From: a virus
DNA: 64,000 bases
Virus record (IMG/VR): IMGVR_UViG_3300042691_037543
Coordinates: 20,737-84,736 of that record
Reading direction: 5' to 3' (one strand)
The position numbers and the translations under genes were made by a program. Below, one piece after another: positions 55,941 to 64,000 of this stretch. Below the pieces are notes generated by a model, which saw only the letters and a list, made by a program, of their open reading frames with translations, did no database searches and was not told where the DNA came from. The stretch's first letter is position 1. The number at the start of each line of letters is the position of its first letter.

Positions 55941-56822
55941 CTAGCGGCGGCCCTTCGCCGAAGCGAGCAGGCGCGCTTCGAGATCGCTCTTGGGACGCAC
56001 CTTCGGCGCGTAGGCGCCCATCTCTTCGCTCTCCGGGTAGCTGAGCCAGAGCACTTCGGTGCGCGTCCCGCGGTTCTTTCCCGCGAGCAACGCCGTGTCG
56101 AACCGCACAACGCGCCACCCTGCGTACAGCTCGTTGTACAGGTCACTGTCGTACCCCGACACGGCAACCCGGCCGCCGTACCCAACGATGGTGTGCAGGC
56201 GCGCCGCGAGGTGCCGATGGTGCGCGTCGTCCATCTCGTGCGCGTACGCGACGCCCTTGCGGGTTCCGAGCACATACGGCGGGTCTGCGTAGACGAACAC
56301 CTTGTTGGATCGGCACTGCGCTTCGGTGCCGTACCCCGTGAGGAAGTCCAGCGCGTCGGCGTTGTCGATCTCCGTCACGCGCACGAGGGCGCGCGCGTAC
56401 TCGCGGAGCTGGTCGATCTTGCCGTAGCCCTTGATGTAGCAGCGGCCGTAGCCGTTCGTGGGAAGGTCGATCCCCGCGAACCCCATGCGCGAACGGCACC
56501 AGAAACGACGGGCCTTCTCCACGGGGTCGTCAGCGGGCTCGCGGGCGGCAACGAGCTCGTCGCGTGCGTGCGGAGACAGCTCGACGACTTCGTGCAGCGC
56601 GTCGGGCTGGTTCCGCAGCACACGAAAGAAGTTCACCACGTCGCTGTCACGATCGTTGACCGCATAAAACTGGTACGCCGACAACGGCAACGCGAAGAAC
56701 ACCGACCCCGCGCCGAAGAACGGTTCGATGTACCAGTCGGCGCGCGCGAAGTGGGGGATCAACTGGTGGGCCATGACCCCCTTCCCCCCGTAGCGCTTCA
56801 CGATGCTGCCTCGCTTGGTCAC
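55941..56822 (-). CDS. DNA N6-adenine methyltransferase (Dam/D12 class)
   Basis: RYGGK, YIEPFFGAGSV, VND, YADPPY, SGYDSDLY, RTEVLW. Confidence 0.93.
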   Translation of the reverse strand: MTKRGSIVKRYGGKGVMAHQLIPHFARADWYIEPFFGAGSVFFALPLSAYQFYAVNDRDSDVVNFFRVLRNQPDALHEVVELSPHARDELVAAREPADDPVEKARRFWCRSRMGFAGIDLPTNGYGRCYIKGYGKIDQLREYARALVRVTEIDNADALDFLTGYGTEAQCRSNKVFVYADPPYVLGTRKGVAYAHEMDDAHHRHLAARLHTIVGYGGRVAVSGYDSDLYNELYAGWRVVRFDTALLAGKNRGTRTEVLWLSYPESEEMGAYAPKVRPKSDLEARLLASAKGRR

Positions 56823-57247
56823 GTCGGCATCGTTCCCCAGCCCACCTTGGGCTTGTCCTCACCGGGGCCGCGGTTGATCTCGACGACGGCCCACGAAGGG
56901 CCCTTCGCTGCGGCGCGCTCCGCATCCGGCGTGTGCGTCTTGCAGGCGTACACCGTCGAGATGCGAATGTGGTTCACCGCGGGCTGCGTGGGTCCGTTGA
57001 TCTTCAACGGAATCATCATCGCGAGAAACTTCGCCGGGTCGGTCTGCGCAAGCACGTCGATGCCGGGGTCGCGCTTACGGAGCTCCTCGTAGGGCACCAT
57101 CACGATGATCCGCGTGAGCGGGTGCGCGGGGCACCCCCCGACTTGGCACTTCGTGCCGGGGGGAAACGCGTACTTGGAGTGGTACTGCTCAGGCGTCGCA
57201 CGCCCGCCCATGAACCGACGACGGTGCTGGATGTTCTGCTTGCTCAT
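56819..57247 (-). CDS. Hypothetical protein with Cys/His ligands
   Basis: SD GAGGAG; CQVGGC...ACKTH. Confidence 0.7.
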   Translation of the reverse strand: MSKQNIQHRRRFMGGRATPEQYHSKYAFPPGTKCQVGGCPAHPLTRIIVMVPYEELRKRDPGIDVLAQTDPAKFLAMMIPLKINGPTQPAVNHIRISTVYACKTHTPDAERAAAKGPSWAVVEINRGPGEDKPKVGWGTMPT

Positions 57248-57693
57248 CGCGCTCTCCTCGTTCTGTACCCGAAGCACTGCATGATCGCCGGCCACCCGCC
57301 CTGGTTGAACGCGCGTGCCTTCGCGTCGATGTGCAGGTCTACGACGGGCTTACCCTGCAAGCCGTCGTCGATGGCATGAAACACACCCGGTAGGTAGGCC
57401 AGCACGAAGGCCAGCATCTCTTGGTAGCGGTTCTCGAAGAACCCTTGCTGCTCTTTCCAGAGCACAGGGTCCACCTTCACAACCCCCGCAGTGACCAAGG
57501 GGTCCAGCCGGGGGTCTACCCGAAGGGCTCGGTTCGCACGGTCGGAGCACAAAAGCAGGATGTGCCCGGCGCGACGCAACGACCGTAGGGTCAGCGAAGC
57601 GCCCGGCACAAGCTCCAGCGGTGTCTCCAGGTCGTCGAACGCGCGCGTGTCGTCGCGCACGATGACGCCGTCGAACTCGAACGAGATCAGCAT
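57244..57693 (-). CDS. HAD-superfamily-like protein
   Basis: ISFEFDGVIV, PGA..TL..L...GH, GKP..DLHIDAKA; nucleophile Asp appears replaced by Glu. Confidence 0.7.
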   Translation of the reverse strand: MLISFEFDGVIVRDDTRAFDDLETPLELVPGASLTLRSLRRAGHILLLCSDRANRALRVDPRLDPLVTAGVVKVDPVLWKEQQGFFENRYQEMLAFVLAYLPGVFHAIDDGLQGKPVVDLHIDAKARAFNQGGWPAIMQCFGYRTRRAR

Positions 57694-57694
57694 G

Positions 57695-57991
57695 TCACTC
57701 GTCGGGGGCGAGGTGGCTGTCGAACTCGCCGACGACAAGCCCGTGCGTGGCGCGAACCATCTCAGCGATGATGGTGTCTTCGTGCTTCCCGCGCCACGCA
57801 CCTGTGACGATCGCCCCGTCGGGGCCTACGGCGATCGTGAAGAAGTCCGTGATCTCACCTTGCGCGACCATCTTGGTGAAGGCCGCCGCAGCGCGGAGCG
57901 TGCCGCGACTGACGGGCTTCGGCTTCGTCGGCTCCTTCGGCCCGTCCTTGGCGTCGAGCAAAACGAGGCGCGGCTTGTTGAAGTCACCCAT
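57695..57991 (-). CDS. Hypothetical protein
   Basis: Coupled between neighbours. Confidence 0.6.
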   Translation of the reverse strand: MGDFNKPRLVLLDAKDGPKEPTKPKPVSRGTLRAAAAFTKMVAQGEITDFFTIAVGPDGAIVTGAWRGKHEDTIIAEMVRATHGLVVGEFDSHLAPDE

Positions 57992-58383
57992 CAGCGGACC
58001 CTCCGATTGGCCTTAGCGGCGCGTGCGATCTTGTCTCGCATGAGTCGGTGAGGGTCCAGTACGCGGTACCGCTTGCCACCTTTCGGCGTCGCCGCCGCTG
58101 CGATCAGCCCGTCGCGTACCCACTGCACGACCATCTCGAACGACGCGTTGTACCAGCGCATCACCACGTCTGCGGTGACCCACTCCCCCTGCGTCATGTT
58201 GTCGAGAATGGGGTAGGTGATGCCGTACTTCGTGTCTTGAAGCACGGTCGGCTTTTCCGTGCCTGCCTTGGGTGGGAGAGGCACGAACTTCGGGTCGTCG
58301 AGGTACTCCGCGCGACCGATCCAGCTCGGGTACCGCGCCGTGCCGAGCACGGGGCGGCTGTTGTGAATGAAGAACGAGCTCAC
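57991..58383 (-). CDS. Hypothetical protein with excisionase/MerR-like HTH
   Basis: VTADVV..Y.AS..MVVQWVRDGLI.A..TPKGGKRYRV. Confidence 0.6.
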   Translation of the reverse strand: MSSFFIHNSRPVLGTARYPSWIGRAEYLDDPKFVPLPPKAGTEKPTVLQDTKYGITYPILDNMTQGEWVTADVVMRWYNASFEMVVQWVRDGLIAAAATPKGGKRYRVLDPHRLMRDKIARAAKANRRVR

Positions 58384-60188
58384 TCGATGGGCTCCTCGGG
58401 CAACGGCTCCTCGCCTTCGGCCGGCATACCCTCTACGCCCTCCTCCCCTTCGAGGCCGGCGAGCTCCGCGTCGAGTGCGGCGAGCTCTGCGTCGAGCGCG
58501 GCGTCGTCCTCGGGGGCACCCTCCTCACCCTCGGCGGGCTCGGCGGCGGACTCTTCCTCCATCTCTTTCTGCATCTGCATCTGACGCTTGGCCATCTCTT
58601 CCATCTTGGCCATCTCTTCGTCAGCGTCTTGCTTGATCTGGTGGATGGTGTCCGCGGGATCGTCGAGCCCGAAGTACGGGCCGATGAACTTCGTGGCCGT
58701 GAGCGCATCCACGAGCCCCTTTTCCTTCGCCGTGCCGGCCGCCTGCACAGCCGTGTTGGCGTCCGAGAGCGTCGGCTGGAAGTATGGGCCCCACGCCAAC
58801 GTGATGTGGTCGCTCGACCCGAACTTCCGCGGCTCGAAGCTGCGCTCCCCCGTGTCGGGGTTGGTCACCGGGCGCATCGGTAGATCGAGCACCTGACGCA
58901 CGACGCCGATCCCTTCAACCGGGCGCGGCGTCAGGGCCGCCTTGCACACCTTGATGACGATGCGGAGCAACCGCTTGATGCCCCGCTCGCCGTACTGCTC
59001 GCGCAGCACGTCGGCCTTCTCCAACATCGAGCTGTAGTCGCGGTCGATCTCCGTGGCGGTCTTCGCGACCTGCGAGCTCGACTGGTCGATCACGACACGC
59101 GCCATGCGGCACACGAGCTTCTCGAAGCGCTCGGCGAGCTCCAGCGCAGCGCGAGGGCCCTGGCCGTTCATCTCCATGTAGCTTGCGTTGCCCTTGCTGA
59201 GCTTGAGCGCGTTGCCGGAGCCCTTCTTCAAGCCCTCCGGCATCTCGTCTTCCGACACGATCAGCAGCGTCGGGTCGCAGTTGGAGATCACCCCGCGGTT
59301 GGCCTGCGAGATGAGCGCGTCCATCTGCTCCATCATGTCGAACGCACCGTGCGCGTCAGGGTCGCCGTCGATGTCGTCTTGCACCTCTTGGTTCTGAATC
59401 CACACGGCGGGGCACTCCCCGATGCCGTGCTCGACGCGGTTGGAGTCAAACTCGTTCCAGTTCGGCTCGCCCTTGTCGGCCGGCACGCCCTCCCACACCT
59501 CGTCCGACTGCGTGTCGATCACACGGCGGTAGAAGAACGGCCGCTGCTCGACGATGCGGTTCTTCTTCTCGTCGAAGGTGACGACGGGCTCGTAGTAGAC
59601 GTAGCGAACTTCGAGCTTGCGCAGCGTGTTCTCCGCGCGCGACAGGTACATGGGGATGCACCACCGCGGATCGAACACCTCGAAGACGGGGCGCCCCTTG
59701 TCGAGCTTGAACCCGATGGCCACCGAGCCCATCGCGCCGCCGTAGTTGCGGGCCATCACCATCTTCGACCACAGCCGGCCCTCGTCGCAGATCGCGCCGA
59801 GCATGTCCTCCGTATCGGGGTCACCCGGCACGCGCACGATGGGGTGTCGCCGCTGCGAAAAGAGCAGGCCGGTGAAGCGCTCGACGATGACGCGACCGAG
59901 GTGGTACGGCGCGTCGGGCCGGCGGTACTTCAACGAGAGCGTCTGGTCTGGGTTGCCCTCGAAGCCCGGCGGGATGTACCCGGTGTGTGCGACGGAGGCG
60001 CGCTGTTCGGTGGGCAGCACGGGGGTGCCGTCCCACGCAACGCGCCGATGGTCGTACTGCTGCGCGCGGAAAAAGCCCCACAGCCTGTTCAAGTGCATCT
60101 GGCGCGCGGTCATGCGGTCGCCAGACGACATCTGATCGAAGGCTGCAATCGCGGTGTCCCGGCCGGTGCCGTCGTTGGTCACGCTCAT
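58380..60188 (-). CDS. Portal protein
   Basis: After terminase; IVERFTGLLF, EHGIGECP.VWIQN; acidic C-terminal tail. Confidence 0.9.
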   Translation of the reverse strand: MSVTNDGTGRDTAIAAFDQMSSGDRMTARQMHLNRLWGFFRAQQYDHRRVAWDGTPVLPTEQRASVAHTGYIPPGFEGNPDQTLSLKYRRPDAPYHLGRVIVERFTGLLFSQRRHPIVRVPGDPDTEDMLGAICDEGRLWSKMVMARNYGGAMGSVAIGFKLDKGRPVFEVFDPRWCIPMYLSRAENTLRKLEVRYVYYEPVVTFDEKKNRIVEQRPFFYRRVIDTQSDEVWEGVPADKGEPNWNEFDSNRVEHGIGECPAVWIQNQEVQDDIDGDPDAHGAFDMMEQMDALISQANRGVISNCDPTLLIVSEDEMPEGLKKGSGNALKLSKGNASYMEMNGQGPRAALELAERFEKLVCRMARVVIDQSSSQVAKTATEIDRDYSSMLEKADVLREQYGERGIKRLLRIVIKVCKAALTPRPVEGIGVVRQVLDLPMRPVTNPDTGERSFEPRKFGSSDHITLAWGPYFQPTLSDANTAVQAAGTAKEKGLVDALTATKFIGPYFGLDDPADTIHQIKQDADEEMAKMEEMAKRQMQMQKEMEEESAAEPAEGEEGAPEDDAALDAELAALDAELAGLEGEEGVEGMPAEGEEPLPEEPIE

Positions 60189-60206
60189 GGCTCGTACCTT
60201 ACCCCG

Positions 60207-62867
60207 TCACCGCTGGAGCAGGGAGTGCTTGAGCAGCTTTGCCTTCTTGGCTTCCTTCGGGCCGACGGTGCGCGCACCTTCACGAGCGAACCAGCAGTTG
60301 TGCACCGCGTAGCCGTGCACGACGAACGACTCGTCTTCCTCGACGTGCAGGTTGTAGACGGTCCCGCGGAACGTGCTCTTGTCGATGCGAAGCAACGGCG
60401 CGCGCACACCCTCGGGAACCCGCTCCGTGTGGTACCCAGCAGCGGGGGGCCGGCGCACCGCGCCCCCGAAATGAACGCGGTCGAGGTCGCTCCCCGTGTT
60501 GTTGTAAAGCACGGCGGTGTCGTGCACGCCGAGGGTCACGCGGTATTGCCCATCGACCAGCGACGTGACCCCCGTGTTCGGGTTCGTGTACAGGTGCTCG
60601 CCCTTGTCGATGATGAGCGAGGGACGAAACCCAGCGTCTACGAGGGTCTGGCGTGCCTGCTCGGCCATGCCGAGCGACCGGGTACGCAGCACGAAGGCGC
60701 TGTTGCCGAAGCGATCCACAGGCATCGGGTCTTCGGCAACGAGAACCCACCCACGGAGAACGGCGAGACGCAGGCTTGTGGGCGCACGGAGCCAGTTCCA
60801 CGGAAGCGCGGCACGCCGACCGGCGGCCCCCAACAGCCGGATGGCGGCGACACCCTTCTGGCCGAGCACGATGCGGAACGAGGAGCGGTCTTCTTCGATG
60901 TGAAACCCCGTCCCCGGCGCAACACGGTTCGCCTGCTGCGTGCAGAACAGGCGTAGGTGCATCGAGTTCGGCGGCAGCTTCACGGAGAAGTGCGCAGCGC
61001 CGGGCCGAACCTTCGCGCGACTGGCGAGCAGGATGCCGACGAACTGCATGAACTCTTCGTCGAGGGGCAATCCGAGCGCCGCGGCACCCGGCGGAAGCGC
61101 GGGCGGCTCCTCTGTGAACTCCTGCTGCGGCGACAAGAGCGAGTGGTGCTCGTTCAAGTCGCGAGCGCGCACCCACTGCCACCCTTCCGGCCAGTGAAAC
61201 TCGCCCTGCTTTCGGTACTTGAAGTCCGCAGGGAACATCGCGAGCACGGGGTGCTCGTGCGTGACCGTGATCGGCGGCCCGTTTCGAGGGGTGAGCTTGT
61301 AGACCGTCGAGTCGTACGCGCGGCTGGTCACCTCGGTGACCTTGCGCCAGCGACCCTTGTGCGTGAGCACGCGGTCGCCCACTTCGATTTCTTCGATGCG
61401 CGTGGGGCCCCTGTGCGTGAGCACGCGCTGGCCGGGGGGTAGGCACGCCATGAGATAGTCCGACGTGTGGCCCGCGGGCGAGTAGTTCATCATGCCGTTC
61501 ATCCACGCTGCGACTTCATTGGTGAGTGGCTGGCCTCCCTGACTCGGGATGATCCACTTGCCGTTCTCCATCTCGACGGCGATCGACTCGACACCGAAAA
61601 CCGGGTCGCTCTTGTTGCGGCCGGTGGTGAAGGGGCGCACGGGCACTGCGGATAGATCGCGTGTGAAGTCGAGAATGAACGACTGCGCAGCGTTCGACTC
61701 TACGAACACGATGGACAGGTAGCGTTGGTGCGTGTTCACGATGCGCTGCACGATCTCGGGGGCGGTCCATCGCCCCGACTCGATGCACAACACCTCGCGG
61801 TCGCCGTTCGGGTGAATGGCGATCGTAAAGATTACGCTCAGGTCAGAGTTCTTCTTACCCGTTCCGAGGTCTACGCCGGTCACGGTCATGTAGCCGGGGG
61901 GTACAACGCGCAGCTCGCCGGGCATGGAGCGCCCGGAGCCTCGTTCGAGGGCGCGCTTGAGCCACTCTTCACGAAACCGCGAGTCGGTGTCGTCGCGCGC
62001 AACGCAGAGAAGCTGTCTCGCGAATTCGAGACTGCCCATCGTCTTGCTCTCTTCGATACGCTCGGCGGGCCAGCGCTCGGGCCACGACAGGGAGCCGTCT
62101 TCACGCACGACGGGGTTGCGTTCGGAGAACCAACCCGGCAGGGCCGCCAGCCGGTGCATCAAGTCTTCGGGGTGCCACGCCGTACCGACGAGCCAGATGA
62201 AGGCGTTGGCGGTCATGCGCCCTGAGATGGTCGCGTTGTACCAGCGGTACAGGTCGTCGCGGGCGTGGTCGGTGCGCGTGTTCTCGTAGTCGAGCACGTC
62301 GTCGAGGAAGGCCCCGTCGAGGCGCGAGCCGAGCACGTTGCCGTGCACACCGACGGCTTGCACAGAGGGGTCGCGGGCGGCGGACGTGCGCTTGACGGTG
62401 ATGGCGGCGTCGGACCAGCGATCCCCTGGGACGAGGTTCGGAAAGACGAGCCGCAGCTCTTCGGACTGCTCGATGTACGTCTTGATTGCTTTAACAATCT
62501 TGACTGCCTGCCCCGCGGTGTTCGAGACGATGGCGAGGCGCAGGTCGGGGTTGTTCCCGAGGAGCCAGAGGGTGCGCATGACGCACAGCGAGAAGGACTT
62601 ACCCGACTCGATGTGCGACCAGATGACGGCGCGCTTGTGCTTGCTGGCGATCTCGTGAAACCGGCGGTGGATGGGGGCCTGCCGGATGGGCTTGTGGGTG
62701 AGCTCGTCGCGCCCCACGAACTCGCAGAACACGTCACACGACAGCCGAGCCGCGGCGATGCGGATACGCTGTGCGCGTTCGAGCATGTCTCTCGCCGCGT
62801 CCGGGTTGGCGGCGAGCCAGTTCAAGACACGTTCTTTGTTCCGCTCGTCGAGCATGGCGCTGTTCAT
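60207..62867 (-). CDS. terL: Terminase large subunit containing an intein
   Basis: HIESGKS Walker A, G.RLDGAFLDD Walker B, GTAWHPEDL, GVDLG and HTSD nuclease motifs. Confidence 0.93.
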   Translation of the reverse strand: MNSAMLDERNKERVLNWLAANPDAARDMLERAQRIRIAAARLSCDVFCEFVGRDELTHKPIRQAPIHRRFHEIASKHKRAVIWSHIESGKSFSLCVMRTLWLLGNNPDLRLAIVSNTAGQAVKIVKAIKTYIEQSEELRLVFPNLVPGDRWSDAAITVKRTSAARDPSVQAVGVHGNVLGSRLDGAFLDDVLDYENTRTDHARDDLYRWYNATISGRMTANAFIWLVGTAWHPEDLMHRLAALPGWFSERNPVVREDGSLSWPERWPAERIEESKTMGSLEFARQLLCVARDDTDSRFREEWLKRALERGSGRSMPGELRVVPPGYMTVTGVDLGTGKKNSDLSVIFTIAIHPNGDREVLCIESGRWTAPEIVQRIVNTHQRYLSIVFVESNAAQSFILDFTRDLSAVPVRPFTTGRNKSDPVFGVESIAVEMENGKWIIPSQGGQPLTNEVAAWMNGMMNYSPAGHTSDYLMACLPPGQRVLTHRGPTRIEEIEVGDRVLTHKGRWRKVTEVTSRAYDSTVYKLTPRNGPPITVTHEHPVLAMFPADFKYRKQGEFHWPEGWQWVRARDLNEHHSLLSPQQEFTEEPPALPPGAAALGLPLDEEFMQFVGILLASRAKVRPGAAHFSVKLPPNSMHLRLFCTQQANRVAPGTGFHIEEDRSSFRIVLGQKGVAAIRLLGAAGRRAALPWNWLRAPTSLRLAVLRGWVLVAEDPMPVDRFGNSAFVLRTRSLGMAEQARQTLVDAGFRPSLIIDKGEHLYTNPNTGVTSLVDGQYRVTLGVHDTAVLYNNTGSDLDRVHFGGAVRRPPAAGYHTERVPEGVRAPLLRIDKSTFRGTVYNLHVEEDESFVVHGYAVHNCWFAREGARTVGPKEAKKAKLLKHSLLQR
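60297..61445 (-). mobile_element. Intein (383 aa) with degenerate LAGLIDADG-type endonuclease
   Basis: Block A CLPPGQRVLT, block B VTHEHPVL, block F VYNLHVE.DESF, block G VHN then Cys+1. Confidence 0.93.
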
Positions 62868-62888
62868 TGTTGTATGAGTAGCGTTGCC

Positions 62889-63596
62889 ATGCCGAAGCAG
62901 CAATACACGCGGGACTTGTACGAGACGTTGCTGGTGTACTACCGGGACCACGCGGAGGATCACGCGGAGGCTGCCCGGCGGTGTAAATGCACACGCAAGC
63001 TGGCACAGACGACCTACGAGCGCGGGTGGCGCGGCCTTGCGTGGGCGAAGCCGCTGCGCGAGGTGCTGGAGTCTGAGCAGATGCAGGCGCGGGCGGCGCG
63101 CTTGAAGATGGAGCGCGAGTCCTTGGAGGCCGAGGAGCGCGCACGCATGGACGCACGAAAGGATGCGTTGGAGGCGCGCGCCGCAGAGGCGAAGGGCGCG
63201 AAGCTGAGCAGGGCGAACGCGATCATGTTCTCGGCGGCCTGCTCAAAGGCGCTGGTGGGGTTGCAGCGCTTGGTCGCGGAATTCGAGGGCCGCACACAGA
63301 GCCCCGCCGCTGTGCAGAGCATGTCGTTGAAAGAGATTCGCTACTGGATCACGACCGTCAGCGGCGCCGTACGCGACGCACAGGTCATGTTGAAGACGGC
63401 CCTAGAGATCGAACGCATCGTCACAGGCGAACCCCTGGCCGTGCTCTCGATCCGCACCGAGAACATGGGCCCGCAAGAGATGTACGCAGAGCTCACCCGC
63501 ACCCTAGAGTCGCTGCGCATCCTCAAGCACCTCCCCAACGGCACCGAAGGCAGAGACGCCGCCCTCGACATCCTAGACATAGACCCCACCGCCTAG
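62889..63596 (+). CDS. Terminase small subunit-like HTH/coiled-coil protein
   Basis: N-terminal HTH (AEAARRCKCTRKLA....RGW), ALEIERIVTGEP; adjacent to but divergent from terL. Confidence 0.55.
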   Translation: MPKQQYTRDLYETLLVYYRDHAEDHAEAARRCKCTRKLAQTTYERGWRGLAWAKPLREVLESEQMQARAARLKMERESLEAEERARMDARKDALEARAAEAKGAKLSRANAIMFSAACSKALVGLQRLVAEFEGRTQSPAAVQSMSLKEIRYWITTVSGAVRDAQVMLKTALEIERIVTGEPLAVLSIRTENMGPQEMYAELTRTLESLRILKHLPNGTEGRDAALDILDIDPTA

Positions 63597-63639
63597 CCGC
63601 GCTTCGAGTAGGGGCAGGGGTCGGGGGCCCACGCCTCAA

Positions 63640-63990
63640 TTCGTCTAAGAAAGGGTTTTTGGATTCTACATTTTAGAATTTCGTTTTAGAACGAGGTCGA
63701 AACTGCATTCATTTTCTGATCTGCGTACCTACCCCTCCGAGCCTCCTGTTTTCCCAGGGGGGTACCCCCCATCGAAACGCAGAGCGGGCTAGTCACGTTT
63801 TGATATCGTGACCGCTTTGGGTGACCAATGCGTACAGCCTTTGGATACCCTGACGAGCTAGTCACGTTTCGCGAACACGCGCAGGGGGTAGGGTACGCGC
63901 GCGAAACGTGACTAGGGAGTGTTGCGTTTGGGGGCGCTCTGAAACCCTGAACGAGCTAGTCATGTTTAAGAAAGGGCGACTGACTAGTGC
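63640..63990. repeat. AT-rich tract, GGGGGGTACCCCCC palindrome and CTAGTCACGTTT repeat cluster
   Basis: Repeats at 63788, 63857, 63900 (inverted), 63955 and partial at 63981; palindrome 63757-63770. Confidence 0.85.
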
Positions 63991-64000
63991 GTACTGCGTT

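Noticed and set aside
59349-60956. 535-aa plus-strand ORF
   Set aside because: Shadow of portal and terminase; no motifs
63780-63990. Repeats as a CRISPR array
   Set aside because: Repeats are short, irregularly spaced and in both orientations; no cas genes
1-64000. Prophage/lysogeny module, stand-alone contractile injection system, or alternative genetic code
   Set aside because: No integrase or host genes; capsid, portal and terminase are present; genes end normally at TAA, TAG and TGA with tight coupling

Overview
High-GC, gene-dense segment of a contractile-tailed (myovirus-type) dsDNA phage. The left arm (1-17.9 kb, mostly + strand) holds a replication/recombination module: family-A DNA polymerase with an N-terminal UDG-like domain, UvsY-like mediator, gp32-like SSB, RecA, Mre11/Rad50-like pair, ParB-like protein and a resolvase. 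It also has nucleotide-pool enzymes (DUF5664-type and MazG-type), an inverted endolysin and two clusters of small Cys-rich orphan genes. The right arm (18-62.9 kb, - strand) is a near-complete morphogenesis operon: intein-containing large terminase, portal, adenine MTase, basic proteins, HNHs, MuF-like protein, tRNA-Thr, scaffold, major capsid, neck, sheath, tube, frameshifted chaperone, tape measure, baseplate, fibre and lysis/membrane genes. A divergent small-terminase-like gene and a repeat/palindrome-rich noncoding end (candidate packaging site or origin) close the window. No integrase, CRISPR array or reverse transcriptase was seen. Most notable are a ~310-nt structured noncoding element behind the capsid/HNH genes, a tRNA-like structure upstream of recA, eight orphan proteins sharing a Cys-rich-head/helical-tail design, a recurring TAnnnT-N4-9-ATG leaderless start motif, and a UDG-PolA fusion lacking catalytic residues. 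All product calls come from motif recognition by eye; no database search was run.
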